Source: Mytilus trossulus
Taxonomy: Eukaryota
Direction of reading: 5' to 3'
Length of the DNA: 64,000 nucleotides
NCBI RefSeq assembly: GCF_036588685.1
Contig: NC_086376.1
Coordinates: 35,278,001-35,342,000, forward strand
The translations under genes were made by a program, and so were the position numbers. Position 1 is the first letter of the stretch. Every line of letters starts with the position of its first letter. Positions 40,356 to 52,922 of this stretch are shown here, piece after piece. Below the pieces are notes generated by a model. The model made no database searches. It was given only the letters and a program-made list of their open reading frames with translations, and was not told the origin of the DNA.

Positions 40356-41100
40356 ATTGAGAATGCAAATGGGGAATGTATCAAAGAGACACCAAACCTA
40401 TCATAGAGCAGACAACAGCAAAAGACCACCACGAGAAACTCCCGCACCCGGAGGCGTCCTTCAGCTGACCCCTAAACAAATACTAGTTTAGTGATAATGG
40501 ACGTCATTAAATCCGGATTTTACACAAGAAACTAAAATTAGATATAATACAAGACTTACAAAGGCCCGAGGCTCCTGATTTGGGACAGGCGCTAAAATGC
40601 AGCGCACAGTAAAACTCAGCTTTAGAGAAGTCCGAGTCCGATGTCAGAATAGAAAACAAAAGAAAATAAACAAAATGACAAGAATACAATAATACATAAA
40701 TAACAGACTACGAGCAGTCACTGACATGCCAGCTGCAGACCCCAATTAAACTGATTGAAGATTATTTCTTCATCATATGAATATCAGGCACAATTCCTCC
40801 CGTTAGGGGTTAAGTATTATACCATCATAAAATATATGAGAAGAACATAACCCTTGTCGTGCCAACAACTGATTTTAGAATAATTGTGTTTAATTCCGAT
40901 GCAAAGACCCTATAAGTGAATCAATATTAAAGCCAAAATATGCAATCTTTAATGACCTGACAACAGTATCGCAAATATATGCCTTCTTGATAAGTCTGTT
41001 TAAAGGTTTTGTAAGCTTTTGAGGTGAATACTGACATTTTTGTGCTTTGTAAAGAGTATTCAATTTACCATAAAAGATTGGATGTGAAATATCCGAACAG
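40356..41100 (-). mobile_element. Family A retroelement fragment with ORF C-terminus
   Basis: Aligns to 5819-6630 and includes the ORF remnant …ISHPIFYG…KCQYSPQKLTKPLNRLIKK…SLHRN*. Confidence 0.7.
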
Positions 41101-41793
41101 CATACAGAACTTATTTGTTTTCCTTTTCTTGAACACAATATGGTTAACATCAAATTGGAGGCCAGAATATCTTTTTATGGGAAAAAAACCACATAACTCC
41201 TACTCCTGTGATGTATAAAAACTACATTTATAAACCGAAACCAAAGATCTAGTGAGAAAAAAAATGAAGATCAGTTTTATACATATTATTTCATTTTGGC
41301 ATCGTCGAAATATATTGAAAAACTCTTAAACGATTAAATTCCAGTAGAATGGACACATTTTATATTTTGAATCTGTGAGTGAAACAATTACAGAGATATT
41401 AGTCTTACTTCTTTGGTTGCATAAGAAATACATCTTTTCTTTTTTTTTAATCAATGATTTTATTTTGCTGCAATATCGCTTTGAACAGTATGAAAATAAG
41501 AAAAAAATAAATAAAGTGAACATGGTTGTTAAAATCTGCAAACTTAAAAGCTGGTCATTTTTAGTAGACTCGCTATCACTTCTTGCAGCTTGATTTGACT
41601 CTGACTAAATTTTGAGATTTTCCCTGTCAATTATCTTTTCATCAAAATTAATGTCAACAATTATCCTAATTAAGTTTTTGTTTCTATTCATTATCCTGAA
41701 TTTAAGGAATCACGCAAACAAAAAGTATGTTAATTGCTAATAATTAATAATGATTAAAATTAAGTATAATCAGAGCTCCAAATAAGTTCTTTT

Positions 41794-41911
41794 GTTACTG
41801 TTAATTATTACTCCAAGCTGATCTAATGAGTTGAACGAGTTGGAGCTTCAAAACTCACTTGTCAAAATAATGTGCATATATAATAGTTTAGTTTTGTCTT
41901 TAGATATCATT
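41794..41911 (+). promoter_or_regulatory. Core promoter of BTB copy 1 (conserved upstream block, TATA, initiator)
   Basis: TATATAA at 41877 and TCATT initiator-like motif at 41907 (30 nt later). The block GTTACTGTTAATTATTACTCCAAGCTGATC…GAGTTGGAGCTT…ACTCACTTGTCA is shared with copy 2. Confidence 0.6.
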
Positions 41912-41939
41912 AAGCATTTTGAAAAGAACGAAATAAGTT

Positions 41940-42698
41940 ATGAATATGAATTTCTTAGCAGACAGAGTACCTTTGTTGAACTTGGATGACCTTGAAGAAG
42001 AGTCATCTTCTGGTTATGACTCTCCAGTATTTGTATCCGACTCGGAACCCAGTTTGTCGGCATCGAGAGGAGAATCAGATCACAGTTACAGCGGTTCTTC
42101 TTCAGAGAATGACATTTCAAGTGAAAGTGACGATGAAGGTGATGATTTAGATGACCTTGAAGATCCTGGTGAAACTATGCACGTGACCAGTACAGAAACA
42201 GTGGTCAACAATATCAAGTACATATTGTCTATGCCACAACTTTGTGATGTCACATTTGAAATTGGACCACAACGCTTCCTTGTCTATGGTTTAAAGGCAG
42301 TCATTGGGTCACGAAGTAAAGTACTTCAAGATATGATGCTACAACAGAGTAGTCCACAGATGCAGAGAAAAACAAAGAAAAACAACAACCAAAACATATC
42401 CATACATAACTACGACATTGATGTATTTAGACAATTTCTCAACTTTGTACACACCGGAAGTGTCGTTATGGACGTAACTACAGTTGTTGGAATAGCATGT
42501 GCTGCTGAAGAATATGATGTTCCAGAGTTAAGTGATGCATGCTTGGGGTATTTGAAACGCTGTTCCACAACAACAACCAACAAACCAGTACTTCAGACCG
42601 AGGCCGACAGATATTCTGGTCACCAAGTTGCAAGGAAGATTAAGAGCATACTTATGAAGGAAGTGAGTCAACTGAAAAGAAGAGAGACTGTTGTTTAA
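41940..42698 (+). CDS. Intronless BTB/POZ-domain protein, serine-enriched protein (gprs)-like, copy 1
   Basis: 252-aa ORF with an acidic/Ser-rich N-terminus, then BTB (MPQLCDVTFEIG…LKAVIGSRSKVL…FRQFLNFVHTG…AAEEYDVPELSDAC). Upstream TATA box and downstream AATAAA. Confidence 0.88.
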   Translation: MNMNFLADRVPLLNLDDLEEESSSGYDSPVFVSDSEPSLSASRGESDHSYSGSSSENDISSESDDEGDDLDDLEDPGETMHVTSTETVVNNIKYILSMPQLCDVTFEIGPQRFLVYGLKAVIGSRSKVLQDMMLQQSSPQMQRKTKKNNNQNISIHNYDIDVFRQFLNFVHTGSVVMDVTTVVGIACAAEEYDVPELSDACLGYLKRCSTTTTNKPVLQTEADRYSGHQVARKIKSILMKEVSQLKRRETVV

Positions 42699-43356
42699 AT
42701 AAATGCGAACAATATACTATAGTGCTAACAAAATGTAGATAAAAGTGCTTTTTGTGGAATAAATATATGATAACTCTTTACAAATCAGTTTATACTTTTT
42801 TAATGAATATATGTTGCACTTCAGCGTCGATAATTAAAAATACGTTGTAAGTCATTGTCAAATGTACAAACTTTGCTGTTTCCCACGAATATATTTGAAC
42901 TAAATCGGTTTTAGTAATCAGCAGGTCGTTAAATGTTATAGCCACATATATCATAAGCATTTTGAAAAAAGACATAAAATATAGTCCATCTGTTGAAGTG
43001 CTTAAAATACAAGATAAAAAGATGTGGTATGATTGCCAATGAGACAACTCTCCACAAGAGACCAAATGACACAGAAATGCCAACTAAAAATCACTGTACG
43101 ACCTTTAACAATGAGTGGAACAAAGTCCATACCGAATAGTCAGCTATTAAACGACGCAAAATGACAATTGTTAGAAGATATTCAAACGAAAAAAAGATGG
43201 TGCAAAATTTTCAACATTATTGTTTCGTTGAGCATGTAGCAGCTAGCTAGGAATCAACTAGTTTTAAAGCAAAAATTCCCTTTTAATCTCGATCAGTGGA
43301 ATACAGTAAGTATCATGTATGACAAGTCATATAAGCATAAAAATATAAACACATAC

Positions 43357-44125
43357 TAAAATTGAGAATGGAAATGGGGAATGTGTCAAAGAGACAACAA
43401 CCCGCCAAATAAAAAAACAACAGCAGAAGGTCATCAACAGGTCTTCAATGTAGCGAGAAATTCCCGCACCCGGAGGCGTCCTTCAGCTGGCCCCTAAACA
43501 AATATATACTAGTTCAGTGATAATGAACGCCATACTAATTTCCAAATTGTACACAAGAAACTAAAATTAAAATAATACAAGACTAACAGAGGCTCCTGAC
43601 TTGGGACAGGCGCAAAAATGCGGCGGGGTTAAACATGTTTGTGAGATCTCAACCCTCCCCCTATACCTCTAACCAATGTAGAAAAGTAAACGCATAACAA
43701 TACGCACATTAAAATTCAGTTCAAGATAAGTCCGAGTCTTATGTCAGAAGATGTAACCAAAGAAAATAAACAAAATGACAATAATACATAAATAACAACA
43801 GACTACTAGCAGTTAACTGACATGCCAGCTCCAGACTTCAATTAAACTAACTGAAAGATTATGATTTCATCATATGAACATCAGGCACAATCCTTCCCGT
43901 TAGGGGTTTAGTAACATACCATCATATCATATATGAGAAGAGCATAACCCGTGTCATGCCAACAACTGTTTTTAGAAAAAATGTGTTTAGTTCCGACGCA
44001 AAGACCTTATCAGTGACTCAATATTAACGCCAAAATATGCAATCTTTAATGACTTGACAACAGTATCGTAATTATATCCCTTCTTAATAAGTTTATTCAA
44101 AGGTTTTGTAAGTTTTGTAAGTTTC
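43357..44125 (-). mobile_element. Family A retroelement fragment (between the BTB paralogs)
   Basis: Almost identical to 5819-6590. Confidence 0.72.
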
Positions 44126-44619
44126 TTGTACTTATCAAATAAGATTAACACACTTTTTTATCAAGTAGGATAGCAAACATTATCATAAAATCAGATTAGC
44201 ACACAAAAGAATTTTGACATCATAAATTCCCAACAAGTAGAAAGCACGATTATTAACATATAGCAATGTATGTAGCCAATAACTATGAAATTCAATCTAA
44301 AAGCAGATAGCAAAATTAAGACAAATATTACAAAAAGAAGAGATATAAGTCAGCCATGAGACAGCAGAGTTTGGTATTGACATTCACTGCATAAACATTT
44401 GTGTCCACTACAACAGCTAGATATGTCATTTTAAACTGCACAAATGAGGCCATATTTCTGGGGTAATTAAGCTATGCACTACTTCATCATTTCATTACTG
44501 AAAGAATGTTGTACCTTCTCTGAAATTCTAGCTACAGGTAGATATGTATGTGTCGAATATCTAAAAGTATGCGAATTATTTGAATACAATCTAATCTTGC
44601 ATATAAGACTGAGCAACGT

Positions 44620-45240
44620 TAACACGAAGTAATGCTGTCTCGGTCGAATGACACGCACGGCTGATTGTACATTGTCGTGAAGAGAGTTTGTCGTATGATG
44701 GTTTTCAAGGCGGGTCTCAACAACCTTTTCAACTACATTGGATACAAACGGAAGATTCGAGACGGGTCGATAATTCTTCAATACCTCTTTGTCTATACCG
44801 GCCTTTTTCAAGAGTGGTCGAACAACTGCATCCTTGAAAGATGGTGGCACACAACACTGTTCGAGTGACAAGTTCACTATCTTGGTGATGACGGCAGCCA
44901 AACTGTTTAAACAAGATGTACAGATGCAGGTGTAAAGAAGGTGAGTGGTTGGCCTTCAAATTTTAAATCGTATTTGAATTATTCATTCTCATATGCAGAC
45001 GATTCATTCACTAAGGAACGGTTGGTCCTTATTGTTTCGATTTTTCCAAGGAAAAAATTTCCGAATCTATTTGATAATTCAAATTCAATCTCATGCGATG
45101 GCAAAACCACATTGTTTGTGTTTCCCATTAGACCGTTTGTGAGCTTATGCAGTTTCTTTTGATCATGTCCAACTTCAGAAATTTTATTTGAGTAATAATC
45201 CGTCTTGCATTTGAAAACAGTTTGCTTGTCCTGGAACAAT
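44620..45240 (-). mobile_element. CR1/L2-group LINE ORF2 fragment (pre-RT region and RT start), decayed
   Basis: YYSNKISEVGHDQKKLHKL…FGNFFLGKIETIR, then [54 protein letters not shown]…QSA. Confidence 0.8.
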
Positions 45241-45299
45241 GTTCTTTGTAAATTTGTTTATGTACTTCGAGTTTTAATAAAAATTCCGAACTCCAAGGA

Positions 45300-46040
45300 A
45301 TATTAGGAATAGAAAGTCAATTACCAAATGTCAAAATCATAGCGCAAACACATCAAACGACTGAATAACAGCTGTTATATTCCTGACTTGGTACAGACAT
45401 TTTCGTATGTAGCAAATGATGGATGGAACCTGGTTCTATAACTAGATAACCCTCTCACTTGTATGACAATATCATAAAATTCCATTATATTAACAACAAA
45501 GTGTGAACAAAATAAACAGACATGATATGTAAAATTAGGGGTAAAGGGGTCAACATATTTTTATAATCTTTATCACTTTAAAACAAACAAATATATAAAC
45601 AAAGAAAAACAAAAGGGAATATAGACAACGTACACTAATAAAAACGAAAGACAAGAACACAAAAAATTGCCATAGCTGAATAACACAATGACGGGATGTA
45701 TAAGTACCGAGCCACGTCAAATTAACATCAACAACATTATGATTAGGCCAAACAGTTAAAGTAATAATTTAAACAGACAAATAAGAGAACATTATAACAC
45801 GTAATAATGATGTAAACAATGTCAGTTCCTAAAATCTATACTATGAGACCATCGTTTATTATTTGTGAAGTACTAGTGGTAGGGAATATTTATCAACAAG
45901 ATCTTGGTATCTTCTAAAGAACTCTTTGAGAAAGGGACGAGACGTTCTTTGGTATCACCCTTGTTCGTCAACTTTCTGCTCAGACACTGATGACGTTTTA
46001 CAAAGAATTAAAATCGTCTCGTATTTCATACATTCTGGTA
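45300..46040 (-). mobile_element. Decayed Penelope-like 3' fragment (second family)
   Basis: Minus strand gives frameshifted KRHQCLSRKLTNKG…TKERL…FFRRYQDLVDKYS…SQIINDGL, which parallels the RT C-terminus at 8170-8320. Confidence 0.5.
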
Positions 46041-47401
46041 TTGAGATGACCAGTAATGTCAAATTCGAAAAATTAGTCTAAAAATGAGGCAGAGGAAGCC
46101 TTGTCTGTTGTTTCTCTGGTGACTTGTTTTACTGCGTCTTTAAATTAATATCCTTTAAGAGATGTTTTTCAAAGGATCAATGTATCAACACAGATGGTCT
46201 TTAAATGTTGAGCTTTTTTTGTCGGAAGCTCCATAATATTTCTAAAGTTGACAAAACTATGCAGTTTTTAATTGATTGATAGGTAGACTTTCGAATTGCT
46301 AGTTAGTTACTTAAATCTGAGTTCTTTATTTATGAGATCTTAAAGAGATTTACAGAACAAAAAATAGAAAGTAAAAGCAAAGAATAAGCAGTAAAATTAA
46401 AGAATAGAAAAAATAGGGGAGAATATTAACTTATGACTTAAATATCGAATTCAAGAAATGAAGACCGCAAACCCCTATCAACCTTAAATCAAGACTTTAA
46501 TATAGCCGATTACGTATTTAAATCTTTTTTTAAAGATATCCTAATACATTTCACAATAGGAGGTAACAATATAATATATATTTAAATTTTCTGATATATT
46601 TAAGTCTCCAAACCCAAATTTGTAGATTAATGGCTTGGCGTAGACTAAGTTCTTTCTTTTAATGAATGGAATATATTCTGCGTGACAAAACAATAAAAAT
46701 CAAATATACTAGAATAAGTCGCTAGGTTTTTTCCAACCCCACCCCTGCTTTTTGAAAGTGTTTTTAAAATTATCCTTCTCCTTCCACTCCTAAATACATC
46801 CTTTTCTCGTCTACCATGACAACATGTTGTAATGATATACATGGTAAATATTTTCTCGTCTACCATGACAAGATGCATTAATGATATACATAGTAAATCT
46901 TCAGAGATGTCCACACACATGCCATTATAGAATGTCAAAATATCTTGGAAATGTTTAATCATTTCCTCTCCAAAATTGCATTATTTATATGATGAGTCCC
47001 ATGCTTGTCATATGAAAAGGTTGAAAGGTCTTCTTAAGGTTTTTTTTTTGTTTTTGTTAAATCAAGAAGAACTGCATCTTGTACAAAGTTCCATAATAAG
47101 TTTTGAACCCATGAAGATTAATTTTTAATTTAACACCAATCATTTTTTAATCAACGAAACAGAGAAACCAACAGTGAGTGTAATGGTCTAAGTTTAACAA
47201 TCGTTTTAAAGACCTAATTGAAGCATGAGTTTTATTTTGTAATTCAATACAAAGGAATTATATCATAAATAACAATTGATTTTTTCAAACAACTGAATTA
47301 AAATATAAAAGTGTGATAATTTCTTTATTTACCCGTTGTTAACTAGTTATAATTAATGATGAATAGAATTAAACTATTGTCAATATCTCAAATCAGTTAC
47401 A

Positions 47402-47512
47402 GTTACTGTCAATTATTACTCCAAGCTGATCAAATGAGTTGGAGCTTGAATACTCACTTGTCATAAATACTGCGCAATATATAAGGAATTCAGTTATGGT
47501 TAAGATATCATA
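47402..47512 (+). promoter_or_regulatory. Core promoter of BTB copy 2
   Basis: TATATAA at 47478 and TCA at 47508 (same 30-nt spacing as copy 1), plus the same conserved upstream block. Confidence 0.6.
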
Positions 47513-47542
47513 AAAGCAATTGAAAAATAATACGTTATAAAT

Positions 47543-48292
47543 ATGAACTTCTTAGCAGACAGAGTACCTTTGTTGAACTTGGATGACCTTGAAGAAGAGT
47601 CATCTTCTGGCTATGACTCTCCAGTGTTTGTATCCGACTCGGAACCCAGTTTGTCAGCATCGGGAGGAGAATCAGATAACAGCAACAGCGGTTCTTCTTC
47701 AGAGAATGACATTTCAAGTGAAAGTGACGATGAAGGTGATGATTTAGATGACCTTGAAGATCCTGGTGAAACCTTGCACGTGAACAGTACCGAAACAGTA
47801 GTCAACAATATCAAGTACATCTTGTCTATGCCACAACTTTGTGATGTCACATTTGAAATTGGACCACAACGCTTCCTTGTCTATGGTTTAAAGGCAGTCA
47901 TTGGGTCAAGAAGTAAAGTACTTCAAGATATGATGTTACAGAATAGTCCTCAGATGCACAGAAAAACAAAGAAAAACAACAATCAAAACATATTAATACA
48001 TAACTACGACATTGATGTGTTTAGACAATTCATCAACTTTGTACACACCGGAAGTGTCGTTATGGACGTGACTACAGTTGTTGGAATTACATGTGCTGCT
48101 GAAGATTTTGATGTTCCAGAGTTAAGTGATGCATGCTGGGGGTATTTGAAACGCTGTTCTGCGATAACGACCAACATACCAATACTTCAGAACGAGACCG
48201 ACAGATATTCTAATCACCAGGCTGCAAAGGAAATTAAGCGCATGCTGTTGAAAGAAGCAAGTTCAATGAAAAGAAAAGAGACGATTGTTTAA
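47543..48292 (+). CDS. Intronless BTB/POZ-domain protein, serine-enriched protein (gprs)-like, copy 2 (tandem paralog)
   Basis: 249-aa ORF highly similar to 41940-42698. The first ATG of copy 1 is ATA here, so the second Met is used. Confidence 0.88.
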   Translation: MNFLADRVPLLNLDDLEEESSSGYDSPVFVSDSEPSLSASGGESDNSNSGSSSENDISSESDDEGDDLDDLEDPGETLHVNSTETVVNNIKYILSMPQLCDVTFEIGPQRFLVYGLKAVIGSRSKVLQDMMLQNSPQMHRKTKKNNNQNILIHNYDIDVFRQFINFVHTGSVVMDVTTVVGITCAAEDFDVPELSDACWGYLKRCSAITTNIPILQNETDRYSNHQAAKEIKRMLLKEASSMKRKETIV

Positions 48293-51200
48293 AAATATTT
48301 TCTGCGAACATTATGCAAGTGCTTACTTCATGTAGATAAACAGTGCTATTTGTGAAATAAAATATATAACGAATTATTCCTTACAAATTATTTTACTTTT
48401 TTTTCTTTTAATGAAGTACATATTCATATGTTAATTGTACATCAACATCAAATATTCAGAATATATTGTACGGCAGCGATCGACTTTGTTGTGTTCCAGT
48501 CAAATTTTGAACTTTTATAGCCTTTTATAGCTGACTATACGATATGGACTTTGCTCATTGTTGAAGGCCGAACGGTGACCTATAGTTGTTAATTTCTGTG
48601 TTATTTTGGTCTCTTGTGGACAGTTGTCTCATTGGCAATCAAACCACATCTTCTTTTTTATATATAAGTCGAACGGTAAGAGCTCTTTAGAACCAAAGAT
48701 CTGATTGATTCAAAAAAGAACATTAATGAATAGTCATCTGCAATAAACAATGCTTCAGCTTGCATGAAATTTTTTCAACTGTTCATATGTTAACTGATCT
48801 ATCAAATAACTCGTACGGACCGCATATTAAAAATTACTTTACCGTCAAAAATAAGTTTAATATTTCGTCGACAATGTTGGTAACAATTCAACATATCAAG
48901 CTCGCATTTCGCTTTTAAACTGAAATAGACATTTAAAGAGTTTAGAGGAAATAATATAACACCAAACTGAAAAACGTATTTAAAATATATTCTAAAAAAG
49001 ATTTAGGGCCTAATCTATTAAAATCATCGTCAGTGTAAAGGGCGAATTAAATTCAGTTTTAAGATTCCTTCCTTTATCTTTCTCCGAGATTGTCTTTATG
49101 TCTGTCCTGAACCTGCGACCTGTAAATGTTTAACTTAAATGTTTGGATCGCTTGTCTGTGATTCATCAATAAAATGACCAGTCTGACATGCTTTTATACT
49201 ACTGTCAAATATCAATTACAATCAAAGAAATGGACAACTGTATTGGTTATTCTCGTTTGATGTGACGAAGGAAATTATACATAACGGGATTACAATCGGT
49301 TATTGTCATTGAGAAAAGGATAATTATAATTGACCCAAGTTAATTACTAAGCAGCTATATTATTATGAGTCTGATGACCTGCGGTCACTACTTCTGTTCT
49401 AACACAATCTCTGGTCAAAATGTAATAATTTTGATGATAATTTTATCACGAGTTCTAAGATCGTTATCTTCAAATTTAACTCGAAAGAAATTGTTTCTAA
49501 TAAAGACGTATCGTATTGATTATATCTGATGACCTTATGAACTATTTTATTAGTGCTAAATTGGAATGTCCTAATCGCTTGAATGAAATTACTACGAAGA
49601 ATTTCAGAAGTGTTGCTTCAGAAAAAATATGAATAATTATAATTATTTGATACTAGAGCTCTGAATTGTTCCCAAGTTGTCACTCGATACCTACATTGTA
49701 CACATATTAATGATACTGTATACTGACAATAACATTTTAAATTGCTTTCTATTCTTTATTTGAAATTCAACTAATTGATTCTGCACTTTTACTAATTTTG
49801 CATTGATTTTTAACATAGATGTTTTTATACAGGTTTTTTTCATGAACCTTCTATATTTGACTATAGAGTCTGAAATTATATGACGATATAGGTCAATTAA
49901 CAGAGTAAGTGACACTGTTTTAACGGATATATAATTACAGAAAAAAAACACTGAAAAAAATGCCAATGTGGTAATTAAATCTCCTTCACTCAGACTTTCC
50001 TAGGATTCTCACAATTCTGCTGGAGTAGTGTGCGTGTATAGAGCAAGTCCCTTTTAGTAATGTTCGTAGAATGTGTACAAAAACGAGCGTAACATATACA
50101 CTGACTCGCGCGCACATCATGACAGAAGCGCTAGTATAGACATGAAGTTACGCACTAACACATATGCACAACTGTCTATGCAACAGAAAAATATGCTAGA
50201 AAACCAGAAGTAACATAAGAAATATTTCGCTTCAATTTTTTAAAAGTGTGAAACAACTCAGGAATGAAGAATTTTTTTTAGAAGTACGGAAAGTATTGAG
50301 TAGGACAAATAAGGATTTTACTTCCTCACTCTTGTCAGGTTTTTTTTATTTGCATTGTGTTGCTTTTAAGTCCTTTATTCATTCGCTAAGTCTTAAGTGT
50401 TTAAAGGTGAAAATTGTATATTCCCAAACAACACATACATTAGGTAATACTGAAGAACTGGGTGTTTACGGATTTAAACGCTTGCTACACGTTGGTACAA
50501 TACAATACAATATGCTTTATTTTAAAAAACACTCAGTCACATTGACATGTGAAACAAGAGGTAAAAACATTAGAAAATAGCCATTCTCGAAAACAAAGCT
50601 TTACGTTTGGATTCTCTAATACAACAAGTATTAGTACAAAACATGCATATGACAGTCACTAAGTTCAAGAGAGTTTTTATAATTACTACAATGTTATATC
50701 ATAAGTTATTGCAACTGCAGTAGTAAATCCTCATAACTCGGAAAGCACATCTGTTATTGTGGTAGTAAAACCTCCCAGTTTGGTCGTCAAAATTGATTGT
50801 TTCTGGAGGAATATACGATCTCTAAAGAATGTAAAATGTATTATAAATCTTAACTTTATAATGTTTTAAATATTTAAATAAATTACTTTATAAAGTTTTA
50901 TTTTCGCAAATCGAAAATAAATCAATCTCCTTATGCGTTCAAATTCAACGATTGAAGTTCGTTTTGAATGAAGCCGAATATGTCATTGCAACACGCTAAG
51001 CATAATGAAAACAATGAAATGAGAGATACCATCAATGTGGAAGCTATATGTAGACAACAAACCTACTAAACAACAAAATAGATGGAAGAAAACAGAGTTT
51101 CATCGGTGGTAGACCAATACACATGGCAGGTTGACCGGACTGCAGAAACAATGTTAGCGTTTTCTTTTTCATCTGATGTTACCATTGCTATACAAGATTG

Positions 51201-52768
51201 GGTCTACTTTGGCTTTGCAAGGTGTGTAACTACTTAGTAACGCACTGTTGGCATAGTAAAGTTGAAATTAATGCTTAATGTAAGGGAGTATCACATCCTC
51301 CCTGATATATAGAGAAACTCTTGTTACAACTCATTGGGGATCAGAAGGTGGCTTGTTGCTTGGTAATGTTTTTTTCTGTCCAACACAACACAATTTTTGA
51401 GTGGCTATTGGACTTCGTGTCCTTCATTATGACCAACCCAGTTTGGAATTACACTCTCACAAAAGCGATTAACTATTGAATAGTTGATATATCGCTTAAT
51501 GTTGATGTTTCCGGAGTAATACATGCTAAAGTTATCTTTTCATATAAACAATTATTCTGTCTCTACATTCAATCTTTATTTGTTGAATCAATTCCTAAAT
51601 AAAACATTTGCATGCTCTCTTTTCTACAATTGTAAACCTCTTGTACTTTAAAGCATTTTATTTGTTTATTTTCCATTAAATATGTAAATTTTCACGTTAT
51701 TTGTTAATTGATATTTGTTCCTCCCATCTTAATGTGAAATGTACAATTAGTAATGGATCTGAGCTTTCAAAACGTGTTACATTTCACCTTTTTTCTGCAA
51801 ATCGGGAATTGGCGCTTTAAATGGCTTTTATTATAAATTAATTGACTGTTCAAATGTTGTCATGTTATAACACTTGGGTAAATAAATGACTTGCGATACC
51901 CTTTTTATTTATTAAGATTAGCAAATAAAGTGTTTCTTTTTCTAGTAATGTTTTCCGGTAAAACAGCTAGTACATGGAATCAATACGGCTATGAACAATA
52001 GCATGCTGTTCTGATAATAGAACATAATAGAATCCATAACTAAAAACAACCGATATTATTAAGTTTGATATCAAATGTTATTATTAAAGCTTTCTGCTGT
52101 AATCGATATATTTTCCAATTTTACATTTCACTTGAAGACAAATGCATCAAGATTTACATAAACGCACAAAATAGGAGAAGTCATTATTACTTTTATCAGT
52201 GTTGCCTCACCTGAAATGAGAATTTATAGTTTATACGATGGCAGGGAAACATCAGTGTGTTAAAGTTAATGTCTGAGCTTGTTACATTTCGTAAAAGGGT
52301 TTACCCCACACTATGACTTAGATAGATTTGCCTCGGTTAATTTTCATGAAAACTTTGACAAAATATTTACTCTGACCTGTTGCAGTTGACAAAAATGTAA
52401 TAATTTCAAGAAATTTGAACCACACAATTTGCAGGAATAATATCATTGGATGTATAGCAGTTTGAGACAATCTTTTTTTGATTGTTGAGAAGCTTGATTT
52501 CTCTTTAACAAAAGTATACGGTAAAGAATGTTCAGCCGATTTTTATGAGTCAATTTGCTTATGTAATCTGTACGTGTATGTAATAGTGTTATAATGTAAT
52601 TTCTTCATATATATGTTTAAAAACAAATTATAGTAAGCTGCTGCGTCCTCATGAAGAAATATTTTGTGAAAAATTTCAATTATATATTTGACCACACTTA
52701 ATGGAAAAGATCAAGGGTTACCCAAATACTTTAGAAACATTTCTATCTTGCAAAGTTCCTGTGAGCAG

Positions 52769-52922
52769 CAGGGGCTGATCCAGCCATATTATAAAGGGGG
52801 GTTCCTAACCCAGGACAAAAGGGGGGGTCCAGTTACATGTCCCCATTCAAATGCATTGATCGTAAAAAAAAAAGGGGGGGTTCCAACCCCCGGCCCCCCT
52901 CCCCCCTCTGGATCCGCGTCTG
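52769..52922. mobile_element. Small TIR MITE with 5-bp TSD (hAT5-like)
   Basis: CAGGGGCTGATCCAG…CTGGATCCGCGTCTG flanked by AGCAG/AGCAG. Confidence 0.7.

Noticed and set aside
43850-43900. Hammerhead or SECIS-like hairpin in family A (minus strand GGATTGTGCCTGATGTTCATATGATGAAATCATAATC)
   Set aside because: It lacks hammerhead stem III and the cleavage triplet, does not fit SECIS spacing convincingly, and the motif is altered in the 40356 copy.
47535-47850. Antisense ORFs over the BTB genes (also 41938-42120)
   Set aside because: They are shadows of the low-complexity sense coding sequence.
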